Assembly (NCBI GenBank): GCA_963667845.2
Contig: CAXXVL010000001.1
Coordinates: 64,001 to 128,000, forward strand
Length of the DNA stretch: 64,000 nucleotides
DNA from: Smithellaceae bacterium
GTDB taxonomy: Bacteria; Desulfobacterota; Syntrophia; Syntrophales; Smithellaceae
Reading direction: 5' to 3'
The position numbers and the translations under genes are program-made. The stretch's first letter is position 1. Each line of letters begins with the position of its first letter. Shown piece after piece: positions 10,249-20,028 of the stretch. The notes beneath the pieces were generated by a model. It saw only the letters and a list, made by a program, of their open reading frames with translations. It was not told the DNA's origin and ran no database searches.

Positions 10249-11424
10249 CTATTCCCATCCAAGAATTAATGATGTTATCCAGACCGCCAGACCGAGAACT
10301 CCGGCGCTTATTTCCAGAGGCAGTGCAAACCGCATTTCCTTTTTCACGCCGGAAAGCGACGTATAGGTCGAGGCGCCCGTAAAATTCATGGCCAGATAGG
10401 CGGCGATGGCCGGAATGATCATCAGCCAGGCCAGAGCCTCCACCCGGCCCGCCCAGAAGTGGACGTCGGTGCCTCTCATGATAATCAGCGCCAGAGCCGT
10501 CAGCAATCCGATAAAGAGCCCCTTGACGGAGAAGGCTCGTCCGGGCAGCCAGGGCAGCAAAAGCGGACTCAATATGGCTCCGGCAACGATGGCTAAGAAA
10601 AACGCCAGGACGGCCACAAGACCGTCATGAAGCATGTTGGTTAAAAATCCGGCTCGTCCCAGTATGCCTGCCCCAAGCAAAAGTGCAAGCGAAATGAGCA
10701 CAAAAGGCTTAACCACAGCCGTAAGTTCAATCGGGATGAGCACGGCCCGTTCAGCAAGCGGAAATGTGACCCGCCGCATCGCTTCGTCAGCCGTGAGTCC
10801 TGCATCCAGATAGGCCGGTAAATCCTCGGCGCGCACCGGACCGAAATAGACCTTGAAACCGGAGAACTTTTTGATCTGATGGGCGGCGACGCCGGGAGCT
10901 CCCAGTTGCGGGAGAATGATTTTCTTATGGTTGACCACAAGAGCAAGGCCTGTCGCCTGAATTCTCTTTAAGAGTTCCTGCGTGCCGAATGTGCCTTTGC
11001 CTGCCGCGCACCAGACATTGATGCCCTTGGTGTCCAAAACCAGGATCCAGGCACTCCGTCCGGGCAGGGCGTGCCGAAGCCTATCAAAGCTCATCTTATA
11101 ATTAGCCGTGACCAGAACGGGCGCCTGCTCATCGGGTTCGCCCAGAGCATAAAGCCCGGGATTGATTGCGTAGTTCATTCTGAATACGCCGAACCGGGCT
11201 TTGATCGTCCCCCATCGATCCTGACGCGTTAAGAGCGACGTCACTTTCGGCACCGGACCCGCGGGGGTTGAAATCGATCCCGAAACAAAAGGCTGATCCA
11301 GGCTGGAGATTGAATTTGCTTCGTCGATCGCCGTATCCGGGCCGCAGCCGCAGCTTGCCTGCTCCTGAATGACCGGGAACTCAAATTGATAGGCGGCAGG
11401 AACACTTTTTTTATTTTCTTCCAT
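10249..11424 (-). CDS. hgcA: Mercury methylation corrinoid protein HgcA
   Basis: Cap-helix motif GINVWCAAGKGTF, PVLVTANYKMSFD, C-terminal TM helices with NFTGASTYTSLSGVKKEM. Confidence 0.96.
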   Translation of the reverse strand: MEENKKSVPAAYQFEFPVIQEQASCGCGPDTAIDEANSISSLDQPFVSGSISTPAGPVPKVTSLLTRQDRWGTIKARFGVFRMNYAINPGLYALGEPDEQAPVLVTANYKMSFDRLRHALPGRSAWILVLDTKGINVWCAAGKGTFGTQELLKRIQATGLALVVNHKKIILPQLGAPGVAAHQIKKFSGFKVYFGPVRAEDLPAYLDAGLTADEAMRRVTFPLAERAVLIPIELTAVVKPFVLISLALLLGAGILGRAGFLTNMLHDGLVAVLAFFLAIVAGAILSPLLLPWLPGRAFSVKGLFIGLLTALALIIMRGTDVHFWAGRVEALAWLMIIPAIAAYLAMNFTGASTYTSLSGVKKEMRFALPLEISAGVLGLAVWITSLILGWE

Positions 11425-11439
11425 AGTAGTCCTCGATAA

Positions 11440-11901
11440 CTATTTACAACAATTACAGATACCCGCCGCATTTCTTACGGCGCCCAAAAAAGTCTGCACG
11501 GATTTCATAATATCTCCGCTCTCATCCGCCGGCAGATTCAATGCTACTTTATTAAAGAAGCCTTCCAGGCAGAGGTGAACATCTTGATGAACCGCACGGC
11601 CTTCTTTCGTCAGCGTCAGTATAAACGCTCTGGAATCACGGCCGGACCGCTCCCGCGTGAGGAGTCCTTTTTGAAGCAGCGGATTCAGCAGACGGGTCGT
11701 TGTGCTTTTTTCAACCGAGAGAAGCCGATGCAAATCCGAGATATTCACTTCATTTTGTTTAAACACGGCGTCCAGGATGATGAATTGATGGAAGGTGACC
11801 CCTCCGCAAAAGGCCGTATCCTGCCTGCAGCAGCGTGTTGCCTGGGACAACCCGATAAACAGATCCATCATTGCATCGTGACTGAAAGCCGTCTTTTTCA
11901 T
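11440..11901 (-). CDS. MarR family transcriptional regulator, Cys-rich
   Basis: VTFHQFIIL, VEKSTTTRLL..L..KGLL.R, DSR...LTLT.EGR winged helix; CC pairs near both ends. Confidence 0.88.
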   Translation of the reverse strand: MKKTAFSHDAMMDLFIGLSQATRCCRQDTAFCGGVTFHQFIILDAVFKQNEVNISDLHRLLSVEKSTTTRLLNPLLQKGLLTRERSGRDSRAFILTLTKEGRAVHQDVHLCLEGFFNKVALNLPADESGDIMKSVQTFLGAVRNAAGICNCCK

Positions 11902-11905
11902 AATG

Positions 11906-11938
11906 GTTGTAATATACAACTACATAGGTTTTTGTCAA
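11906..11938 (-). promoter_or_regulatory. Sigma70-like promoter with an overlapping palindromic operator for marR-hgcA-hgcB
   Basis: Minus-strand TTGACA (11938-11933), 16-nt spacer, TATATT (11916-11911). Palindrome GTTGTA-ATA-TACAAC at 11906-11920. Confidence 0.7.
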
Positions 11939-12083
11939 GGGCAAATTTAAAGGACGTCCAGCTTTAGGTGAGGGAGATCACAGACGGGGCAATTATCATT
12001 TGAATATTAGAATAAAAATGTTATTGTTTAATGGATTAAAGAAGCACTTTTTACGTGCAAAACCGATGAGAGGAAAGGGATGA

Positions 12084-12536
12084 ATGATGACGACGCATGC
12101 CGAAAAAGCTGAAGCAAAATTTATGGAAGGTTATAATTGCGCCCAATCGGTCTTGTTTTCCTTTTGTGACGAACTGGGTCTTACCGCCGACCTGGCATTG
12201 AAGCTTTCCTGCGGTTTCGGCGGCGGCATGGGACGCCAGGGAGAGGTGTGCGGCGCCGTATCCGGAGGCATTCTGGTCCTGGGGTTGAAATTCGGTCGGG
12301 GCGAAAATGATAAACGCATCGAAACGGATGCGACCTACCTGAAAGTCCGCGAATTTATGAAACGGTTTTCAGACAGACATGGTTCCTGCATTTGCCGGGA
12401 ATTATTAGAGGGTTGCGATCTCGCCACCCCGGACGGGCAGGCATATTTTCATGAAAGCGAATTTTTCAATCTGATTTGCCGGCCGTGTGTGCGTGATGCC
12501 GCGGCAATGATCGCAGATATCATCGCCTCGAAATAA
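12084..12536 (+). CDS. C-GCAxxG-C-C family putative redox/metal-binding protein
   Basis: GYNCAQSV, GFGGGMG..GEVCGAVSGG, GSCICRELL and a C-terminal Cys. Confidence 0.88.
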   Translation: MMTTHAEKAEAKFMEGYNCAQSVLFSFCDELGLTADLALKLSCGFGGGMGRQGEVCGAVSGGILVLGLKFGRGENDKRIETDATYLKVREFMKRFSDRHGSCICRELLEGCDLATPDGQAYFHESEFFNLICRPCVRDAAAMIADIIASK

Positions 12537-12569
12537 ATGCATAAACCGATAATTGAGCCGCGGAGGAAG

Positions 12570-13451
12570 ATGATGAAATGCTTTTTGGAAAAGATCGCTC
12601 TGGGGGTGATGATTGTCCTTCTATCGGTCGCCGGGGCAGGGGCCCAGAGCTCCGTCTGGGCCGTAAAAGGTGCTAAGGCCACGGTTTACCTGGCCGGCTC
12701 CTGCCACGTCCTCAGGGCGTCCGACCATCCGCTTCCGGCTCCGTTTGAGACGGCCTATGCCGATTCCCGCAGAATCATCTTCGAAGCGCCGCCCGGTGAT
12801 CTGGAAGCGGCCGAGTACCTGCAAAAGCTTATGACGGTCGCAATGTATCCGGACGGGACGACGCTTAGACAGCACGTGGCGCCTGCCGTTTATGCCAAAG
12901 CGGAAAAATTCTGTAAAGAGCGCGGTTACCCGTTCGACCAGTATCAGATGCTTCGCCCCTGGATGCTGTCGATGATGCTGACCATGCAGGAGCTCTCCCG
13001 TCTGGGAGTGGAAGCCCAATACGGCGTTGACCATTTCTATTATCAGAAAGCGCTCGGGGATAGGAAATCCATCGGCGGGCTGGAAACAGCCGATGAGCAA
13101 CTCGGGTTTTTGAGTGCGATGGACGGCAGCATTGGCAACGAGCAGGTGAGTGAAACCATCGATGACCTCACTGAACTGAACACTAAATTAGCGGATATCC
13201 TGAACGCCTGGCGCAGAGGCGATGAAGCCGGAATCGAAGCCGTTAATCTGCGTGAACTGAAAAATTATCCGCAATTATATGCGCTGCTGATTGTGGACCG
13301 CAATAAGAAGTGGTTGCCGAAGATTGAAGGCGCACTTGGCGGAAACGCCAACACGATGGTCATTGTCGGGGTGGCCCATCTGGCCGGTCGCGACAGCGTC
13401 ATCGATCTTTTACGCAAGCGCGGGTTTAAGGTCGTTCAACTGAAGAGGTAG
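12570..13451 (+). CDS. TraB/GumN family protein, exported
   Basis: Signal peptide, YLAGSCH, GVD, GLET..EQ, RN..W, VIVGVAHLAG..SVIDLL; GGAGG RBS. Confidence 0.85.
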   Translation: MMKCFLEKIALGVMIVLLSVAGAGAQSSVWAVKGAKATVYLAGSCHVLRASDHPLPAPFETAYADSRRIIFEAPPGDLEAAEYLQKLMTVAMYPDGTTLRQHVAPAVYAKAEKFCKERGYPFDQYQMLRPWMLSMMLTMQELSRLGVEAQYGVDHFYYQKALGDRKSIGGLETADEQLGFLSAMDGSIGNEQVSETIDDLTELNTKLADILNAWRRGDEAGIEAVNLRELKNYPQLYALLIVDRNKKWLPKIEGALGGNANTMVIVGVAHLAGRDSVIDLLRKRGFKVVQLKR

Positions 13452-13711
13452 TCGCGGCAGCCATTGGCACCGGTTAAAGGGTTCAGAAGATAACCACCGG
13501 TTTTTGAAAATCAAATTTGGCGGCTCTGACTTTTGTTGAGGACCGCTGTCCTTCGTCGGTCATTTTCTGTTGACCTTTCATTCCGGCATTATCCTGATAC
13601 CTGCGACAGTCGGCTTCTGCAATCAGCGTTTCAATGCTGTTGCCCGTATTGACCGTCGGGAAAAATCAGGAAACAAGAGATCACCGGCGATTTTGCTGAT
13701 GAGGAGGGAAA

Positions 13712-14503
13712 ATGAAGATACCCATTTATCAGGTAGATGCTTTCACGGCGAAATTGTTTTCCGGCAATCCGGCGGCTGTCTGCCTTCTTGAAGATTGGCC
13801 GGACGATGCAACCTTACAGCATATCGCTCGGGAGAATAACCTGTCGGAGACGGCCTTTCTGGTTCACAGAGGATCGGCAGTCGAGCTGCGCTGGTTTACG
13901 CCGCGTGCGGAAGTGGCTCTGTGCGGCCATGCGACGCTGGCCGCCGCGTATGTTCTCTTTGTATGCAAATCCTGGGAGCAGATGAGCATTCGCTTTATCA
14001 CCCGCTCAAGCGGTGAGCTTATCGTGGTTCAGAAAGGCGATCGTCTGGAGATGGATTTTCCGGCGCGTCCCGCCCATGAAATAACGGCTCCGGCCGGGCT
14101 GGACTCTGCGCTGGGTGTTACGCCCATTCGAGTTTTGTCTTCCGAAGAAGATTTGCTGGTCATCCTGCCCGACGAAACAACCGTGCGCCAGGTGACCCCG
14201 GACTTTCCCGCGCTGGAAAAGATTTCCTGCCGCGGCGTCATTATCAGTGCGCCGGGCGAGCATTGCGACTTTGTCTCGCGCTTTTTTGCGTCCCGCGTGG
14301 GCGTCAATGAAGACCCGGTCACGGGTTCCGCGCACTCGGTGCTCATTCCCTTCTGGGCGGATAAGTTGCAGAAAGAGGATCTTTATGCACTGCAGGTGTC
14401 GGCCCGCGGCGGTGAATTGTTCTGCGGCTATAAAGGCGGGAGGGTAACGATTGCGGGACACGCGGCGCCGTATCTCGAAGGTACGATAACCATAGGAACT
14501 TAA
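13712..14503 (+). CDS. PhzF family isomerase/epimerase
   Basis: YQVDAFT...GNPAAV, NLSETAF, LRWFTP..EV.LCGHATLA, EDPVTGSAH. Confidence 0.92.
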   Translation: MKIPIYQVDAFTAKLFSGNPAAVCLLEDWPDDATLQHIARENNLSETAFLVHRGSAVELRWFTPRAEVALCGHATLAAAYVLFVCKSWEQMSIRFITRSSGELIVVQKGDRLEMDFPARPAHEITAPAGLDSALGVTPIRVLSSEEDLLVILPDETTVRQVTPDFPALEKISCRGVIISAPGEHCDFVSRFFASRVGVNEDPVTGSAHSVLIPFWADKLQKEDLYALQVSARGGELFCGYKGGRVTIAGHAAPYLEGTITIGT

Positions 14504-14807
14504 CGGCTGACCTTCAGATCGGCGGGCCGGCGGGGACGGTTTCATCACGATCAACAACGCCGCCGGATTGCGCGGTGATACCGGTATGGTCGTGAGCGGC
14601 GCCTCCCGGGAATATCTTCAGAATAAGAGTGCCCGCATAAGGATCGCGTTGTGAACACTTCTTCCTGAAGCAAGGCGTGCAGCAATTTTGACGGAAATGC
14701 ATTCTTTCAAACGGTATTCATCTCTTTTCATTTTCTAAAAATTGAATTAGAATTGCACCGAATTTTGGGAAAGACCCAGTAAGTATATTCTTGATTTGGA
14801 GGTCCTT

Positions 14808-15608
14808 ATGAATAAAGACAACATCGACGACATCCGGACTCAGTTTACAAAGCAAGCCAGCGCCTATGCTGCCTCAGCTCAAGCCAGGGATGAAGCTTCC
14901 CATATGATGATTGTCGAACTATGCCAACCGGATCCGGATGCACGCGTTTTGGACGTCGCCTGCGGTCCTGGTTTTTTAACGATGGCCTTTGGTCGGCGAT
15001 GCAAAGAGGTCATCGGTCTGGACGCCACGGATGCCATGCTGTCGATGGCGATGTCAGAAGCCAAGAAGCGTGGCATGGGCAACGTTCGTTTTGAAAAAGG
15101 GATAGCTACAGAGCTACCCTTTCCGTCAGCGAGTTTCGATATTGTCTGCTGTCGGGCTGCATTCCACCATTTTCCTGATCCTAAATTGGTATTGGCGGAA
15201 ATGAGCAGGGTCGTAAAAACTGGCGGCAAAATCGTGATCGCAGATATCGTGACTTCCGAGGACCCAATGGAGGCCGATGTGCATAATGAGATTGAACGTC
15301 TCTGCGATCCGACCCATGTCAAAGCGCTCACGGCGATTGAGTTTCGTAACCTGTTCCGACTGAATAAACTGGATATCATCACTGACCTCCCCGGGCGAAT
15401 CACCTATGATTTAGATGGATGGATTCTTCACGGTGGACCGACTGCGGAAATCGAAACGAAAATCCGGCGGCGGTTCAATGAAGCGTTGGGAAAAGACAAC
15501 ACGGGTTTACGCGTAAGATTCAAAGAGGGGAAAATTCTGTTTACGCACCAGACACTTGTTCTTGTTGCTGTATCCACGTCCGATCCATCTTCATCAATCC
15601 AATTATAG
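14808..15608 (+). CDS. Class I SAM-dependent methyltransferase
   Basis: VLDVACGPG, LPFPSASFDIV, AFHHFPDP, RVVKTGG. Confidence 0.9.
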   Translation: MNKDNIDDIRTQFTKQASAYAASAQARDEASHMMIVELCQPDPDARVLDVACGPGFLTMAFGRRCKEVIGLDATDAMLSMAMSEAKKRGMGNVRFEKGIATELPFPSASFDIVCCRAAFHHFPDPKLVLAEMSRVVKTGGKIVIADIVTSEDPMEADVHNEIERLCDPTHVKALTAIEFRNLFRLNKLDIITDLPGRITYDLDGWILHGGPTAEIETKIRRRFNEALGKDNTGLRVRFKEGKILFTHQTLVLVAVSTSDPSSSIQL

Positions 15609-15846
15609 AAGGCGGGGGGTGAAGCGAGTCCGCGGTATGAAGACCTGCCGGAAAAAACTCGGAGGGTGCTCAGTACAGCAATGCATAAATTCAAGCAAAT
15701 CACTTCGTCTTTAATATGAACAGTCGATTGTCAGATTCTTCAAAGAGCGAAGTCATTATGTCGGCGTGTATTAACGTCTTCCTGAAGTCAATAAAAATGA
15801 TATTTCCTTCCATATGCACACTTTCAAAGTGTGGATCCTTACCCAA

Positions 15847-15875
15847 TTGTCATTTAGTGATGTTTGAAGTATAAT
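15847..15875 (+). promoter_or_regulatory. Sigma70-like promoter
   Basis: TTGTCA-N17-TATAAT upstream of the AAGGAGG RBS of the caspase-like gene. Confidence 0.65.
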
Positions 15876-15899
15876 TACGCCCGTTAAGGAGGCATTTCT

Positions 15900-17171
15900 A
15901 TGCACCCCATGCCTATAAGAATCTTCTTTGCCCTAATTGTATTTGTTATTTGCTACGCTTTCCCATTGCATGCAACCACGGAACGGCGCATCGCCCTGGT
16001 TATCGGCAACGGCACTTACAGTTTCGGCCCCCTCAAAAACCCCGTTAATGATGCCACCGATATGGCTGCTGCACTCCGGAAACTCGGTTTCAATGTCATC
16101 CTGAAGAAGAACGCCAATCTTGAGATAATGGAGGAAGCCGTCGAGGACTTCGGGAACAGGCTGAAAAGGGGTGGCGTGGGTCTGTTCTTTTATGCCGGAC
16201 ATGGAGTTCAGGTGAACGGCGTTAACTACCTGATTCCCATAGGGGCTAAAATCAACAAGGAATCGGACGTCCGGTTCAAAGCCTTCGACGCGGGACGTGT
16301 ACTCGCCGAGATGGAGAACGCTAACAATGGCCTGAACATCCTGTTGCTGGACGCCTGCCGTGATAATCCCTTCGGTAAAAGTTTCCGCAGTGCCAGTCGG
16401 GGTTTGGCTATTGTGAGCAATGCTCCGACTGGCACCTTCATTTCATACTCGACCGGCCCCGGCCAAGTGGCGAGAGATGGTGAGGGCCGTAACAGCCCTT
16501 ATACAAAAGCCCTCCTTCAGTATATGCAGGAGACGAACGTTCCTATTAGCAATGTGTTTATGAAGGTTCGCCAGAAACTACGCAATGAAACCGGTCAGGT
16601 GCCCTGGGAATTGTCTTCTCTTGAAGGAGATTTCTTCTTTATTCCTCAAGGTGGTCGAACCAGCACGTTGTCTAATGCATCTTCTGTTGCTACAAGTTCG
16701 ACATCACATCCTGATTCCGATGCATTGCTGCGTGAAAAGAAGACGTTGGAACGGGAGCGGCAAGAACTGGTGCGCCAGAAAGAGGAAGTGGAGCGGCAAA
16801 AGGCTCTTGATACCGAAAGGGAACAGTTGGCCGCCGCAAGTCATCCGCAGACCTCCCGGAAGAACAGTCAAGATAAGGAACTGATTAACTACAACAATTT
16901 TGTAGGGGTTTGGCGGGTAGGATTAGCAGGCACTAAACTCAGGATCAGCATTCAGGCTGGAGAGATTGTAGTCGAGATATGGAATAGCCGGAATGGTGAA
17001 CGTTCAAAAATCAGCAACGTCATTGCGGAGGGAAGTAATCTCCGTTTCACATCATATTTTGCTTCGGCAAATTGGACTATTAATTATGATTGTGCCACGG
17101 TCAATGATCACGAGATGCGATGTACTCGCTCAGGGAACACTGACGGCGTTGCCCATTGGATCAAAGAATAA
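15900..17171 (+). CDS. Exported caspase-family (peptidase C14) protein with coiled coil and unknown C-terminal domain
   Basis: Signal peptide, RIALVIGN..Y, LKNPVNDA, FFYAGHG (His) and LDACRDNP (Cys). Confidence 0.88.
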   Translation: MHPMPIRIFFALIVFVICYAFPLHATTERRIALVIGNGTYSFGPLKNPVNDATDMAAALRKLGFNVILKKNANLEIMEEAVEDFGNRLKRGGVGLFFYAGHGVQVNGVNYLIPIGAKINKESDVRFKAFDAGRVLAEMENANNGLNILLLDACRDNPFGKSFRSASRGLAIVSNAPTGTFISYSTGPGQVARDGEGRNSPYTKALLQYMQETNVPISNVFMKVRQKLRNETGQVPWELSSLEGDFFFIPQGGRTSTLSNASSVATSSTSHPDSDALLREKKTLERERQELVRQKEEVERQKALDTEREQLAAASHPQTSRKNSQDKELINYNNFVGVWRVGLAGTKLRISIQAGEIVVEIWNSRNGERSKISNVIAEGSNLRFTSYFASANWTINYDCATVNDHEMRCTRSGNTDGVAHWIKE

Positions 17172-17594
17172 CTCCAGACGCACTATCCCCGCCTTAACTC
17201 CCATCGGGGATCGCAACGGCCGAGCCTTCCCAGTACGTTCTGTCAAAGAGATTATTTGTCATTTACTTCTCTGATCAAAAGAATCGGGGCTTGGTATCTT
17301 TCTTTCGTTAATCGGCAATTCCGTAAACAAGGGTTCAGTGTTTGTTAGTAGGTGAATTCACTAAGTAGCTCTTCCTTCAACCGACCTTGCCCCCGAAACC
17401 TTTTAACAGCATAAAGCTGCAAATCTCCGCCCCTTGATCTGCACCAAAAAGACATTCTGAATTTATGATGATTTTAGATTCGACGGGAATCATAAAGTAG
17501 TGTTGTTCAGGAAGTGGACTCGTGCCAGTCCCGCCTGCGTGCGCCTGGTGATTCTGCCTCAGGGATTCGAAAAATCCGCGATCAAAAGCCACGC

Positions 17595-18482
17595 TCATCG
17601 ATTCTTGTCCAGAATGGCAAGAAAGGCAGTCAAAAGCGCCGTCCGATATCCGCCGCCTCTTCTGGTCAGGATGACCAGGTTTCGGCGCAGATCAAGCGGG
17701 GTGTCCACCTCCACAAGCCACTTATGGGACAATTCCCGGGCTACGGCCATCCGGGATAAACAGCTGACACCCAGGCCCGCTTCCACTGCCTTCTTGATCG
17801 CCTCGGTATGCCCGAGCTCCATGGCCGCCGTCCAGTTGATCTTTTTGCGGTTCATCGCCGATTCGAATACTTCCCGGGTTCCCGATCCCTTTTCCCGCAT
17901 GATCCAGGGCGCCCCTGCCAGCATCGACTTCGATGCTTTGCGGGGGCGAGCCCAGGCATGATTCCTGCCCGCGATCACAACCAGTTCATCGTCTCTCCAG
18001 ACAGCCGTCTCAAGCGATCGGATATGAGAAGGTCCTTCGATAATCCCCATGTCCAGATTGCCATTTTCCAGGGCCTGTTCGATCTGGACGGTATTGCCCA
18101 CCTGCAAGAGCGCCCTGGCCCGCGGATAGCGCTCGGAAAGCCTTGCGATGAGAGCGGGGAGAAGGTAATTGCCGACGGTCGTGCTGGCCCCGACTTTCAA
18201 AACGCCGATCGGTTCGCCTATCGATTCAGTCAGCAGCTGTTCGATCGTCCCGACCTGCCTGAGAACATCCTGCACTTTTTCCAGAATCAGACGCCCCCGG
18301 TCATTGAGCAGCAGCTTTTTCCCCCGGCGCTCAAATAGCGGCGCGCCGGCAAATTTCTCCAGCCCGGTAATGGCCATGCTGACAGCCGATTGGGTGATGA
18401 ACAATTGCTCGCTCGCCTTCGTGACATGTCCGCAAGCGGCGACTTTTTCGAAGATTTCCAACTGCCTCACGGGAATGGTCAT
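17595..18482 (-). CDS. LysR family regulator (YeiE/CysL-like)
   Basis: HTH ASEQLFITQSAVS..I..LE..GAPLFER, GASTTVGNYLLP, REKGSGTR; divergent from a YeiH-like gene. Confidence 0.9.
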   Translation of the reverse strand: MTIPVRQLEIFEKVAACGHVTKASEQLFITQSAVSMAITGLEKFAGAPLFERRGKKLLLNDRGRLILEKVQDVLRQVGTIEQLLTESIGEPIGVLKVGASTTVGNYLLPALIARLSERYPRARALLQVGNTVQIEQALENGNLDMGIIEGPSHIRSLETAVWRDDELVVIAGRNHAWARPRKASKSMLAGAPWIMREKGSGTREVFESAMNRKKINWTAAMELGHTEAIKKAVEAGLGVSCLSRMAVARELSHKWLVEVDTPLDLRRNLVILTRRGGGYRTALLTAFLAILDKNR

Positions 18483-18630
18483 TGGTTTTCCTTTATAAAT
18501 ATTACTGATGATTGTCTTAAATATTATGAATTTTTATTTATCATTAAAAGGGCCTATGCTGCAAACGAAAAATACCGGAGGGGCCGGGAGGTTCCGGCCG
18601 GGAAGATTCCGGTATCCAAAGGGGGAAGAA

Positions 18631-19737
18631 ATGGTGCGCAAACTGAGTATCAAAGGAAAGAAGATGGTCATCGCATCAGGGTTGATCGTCAGAGGGTTGC
18701 TCCTGGCCGTCGGGGTGGCCGCCGCCGCGCGGCTTGCGCATCAGTTACTTCCCGGGCCGATAGGCAAGATGGTCAGCGACATCGTCATCGCGATTCTGCT
18801 CGGGCTTTTTATCCGCAACGTCATCGGTCTTTCTCCGGGCTATGATCCTGGAGTCAAGTTCGCTGTGGTGCGAGTACTTAGGCTGGGCATTGTCCTTCTC
18901 GGGTTACGGCTGAGCCTGCAGGATATCGCCGATACGGGCGGGACGGCGATTCTGCTGGTCTTTGCCTGCATTACCATCGCACTCGCAACGACTTACGCGG
19001 TCGGCCGCCTGTTTAAAATCCCACCCCGCCTTAGTGCGCTGATCGGCGTCGGAACATCGATCTGCGGCAATACCGCCATCGTGGCAACGGCGCCCGCCAT
19101 CGAGGCGAAAGAAGAGGAAGTTAGCTTCGCCGTCGCCGTCATTACGCTCTTCGGCCTGATCGCGGTTATCATTTACCCCATCGTCGGGCAGGCTCTGGGA
19201 CTCGGCAATACGGCGTTCGGGCTGTGGGCCGGCACCGCCGTCAACGACACGTCCCAGGTCGTCGCCGTCGGGGCTGCGCACAGTCCGGAGGCGCTCAGCG
19301 TGGCTACCGTTGTAAAGCTGATGCGCAACACGATCATGGCGCCCCTGATCATCGTTATGGGGCTTTTCTTGAGGCAGCGCGCATCGTCTGATCCTGCCCA
19401 ACCGCGGTCGGTCGTCCCGCGCGGGGGGATTCTCATTCCCTGGTTCGTGATCGGCTTTCTGACCATGTCGCTCATCCGCACCTCCGGCATCGGTGCCGGA
19501 ATTCTGCCCAGGGACGTTGCCCGGCCCGGAGACTTGCAGACGGCGGCATCGATGCTCAATGCCTTTGATGCCCTGGCCAAGTTTGCCATTCTCACCGCAC
19601 TGGCGGGCGTCGGTTTGGGGACGCGTCTGCAAACGGTTTTCCGGATCGGTCTGAAACCTTTTGCGCTTGGCCTGTGCGTTTCCATCGTCCTGTCCGCGGC
19701 GAGTCTGGGCCTGATCATTGTCTTCGGGATGGGATAA
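18631..19737 (+). CDS. YeiH/PSE family membrane protein (putative sulfate/sulfite exporter)
   Basis: LRLGIVLLG.RL, GTSICGNTAI.A.AP, WAGTAVNDTSQVVA, VKLMR; multi-TM. Confidence 0.88.
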   Translation: MVRKLSIKGKKMVIASGLIVRGLLLAVGVAAAARLAHQLLPGPIGKMVSDIVIAILLGLFIRNVIGLSPGYDPGVKFAVVRVLRLGIVLLGLRLSLQDIADTGGTAILLVFACITIALATTYAVGRLFKIPPRLSALIGVGTSICGNTAIVATAPAIEAKEEEVSFAVAVITLFGLIAVIIYPIVGQALGLGNTAFGLWAGTAVNDTSQVVAVGAAHSPEALSVATVVKLMRNTIMAPLIIVMGLFLRQRASSDPAQPRSVVPRGGILIPWFVIGFLTMSLIRTSGIGAGILPRDVARPGDLQTAASMLNAFDALAKFAILTALAGVGLGTRLQTVFRIGLKPFALGLCVSIVLSAASLGLIIVFGMG

Positions 19738-19966
19738 GGCGCCTGTTTCTCCTTGATGCCAATATCTTTGAATTCTTTAAGAAAAAAAATTTGTGATCTG
19801 TCTTTAGACAAGGTGGGCGGATCCAGGGCGCTTTTCGGGGCATGACGTTCCCGTCTAATGATTTTGCTTTTCGTCCGTCTTCGGTTATCGCGATTTTCCG
19901 TGAAACGGGCTTCGGTTCCGCGTTCGTGAAAACTTCATTGGAATCAGGTCGCCAAGACATTTTGCG

Positions 19967-19995
19967 TTGACATGCGCGACCCGTTTCCTTATACT
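19967..19995 (+). promoter_or_regulatory. Sigma70-like promoter
   Basis: TTGACA-N17-TATACT about 34 nt before the enoyl-CoA hydratase ATG. Confidence 0.7.
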
Positions 19996-20028
19996 CCCGG
20001 TCAGCAAAATTGCATAAGGAATCACCTG

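Noticed and set aside
11340..11424. Selenocysteine in the HgcA N-terminus
   Set aside because: Codons read AGC TGC GGC TGC GGC, with no in-frame TGA.
13712..14503. Phenazine biosynthesis
   Set aside because: Stand-alone PhzF-family gene with no other phz genes.
14514..14702. Small Cys-rich ORF ending AGPPI as an arrest peptide
   Set aside because: Lacks the Arg of the motif, has no clear RBS, and no same-strand gene follows.
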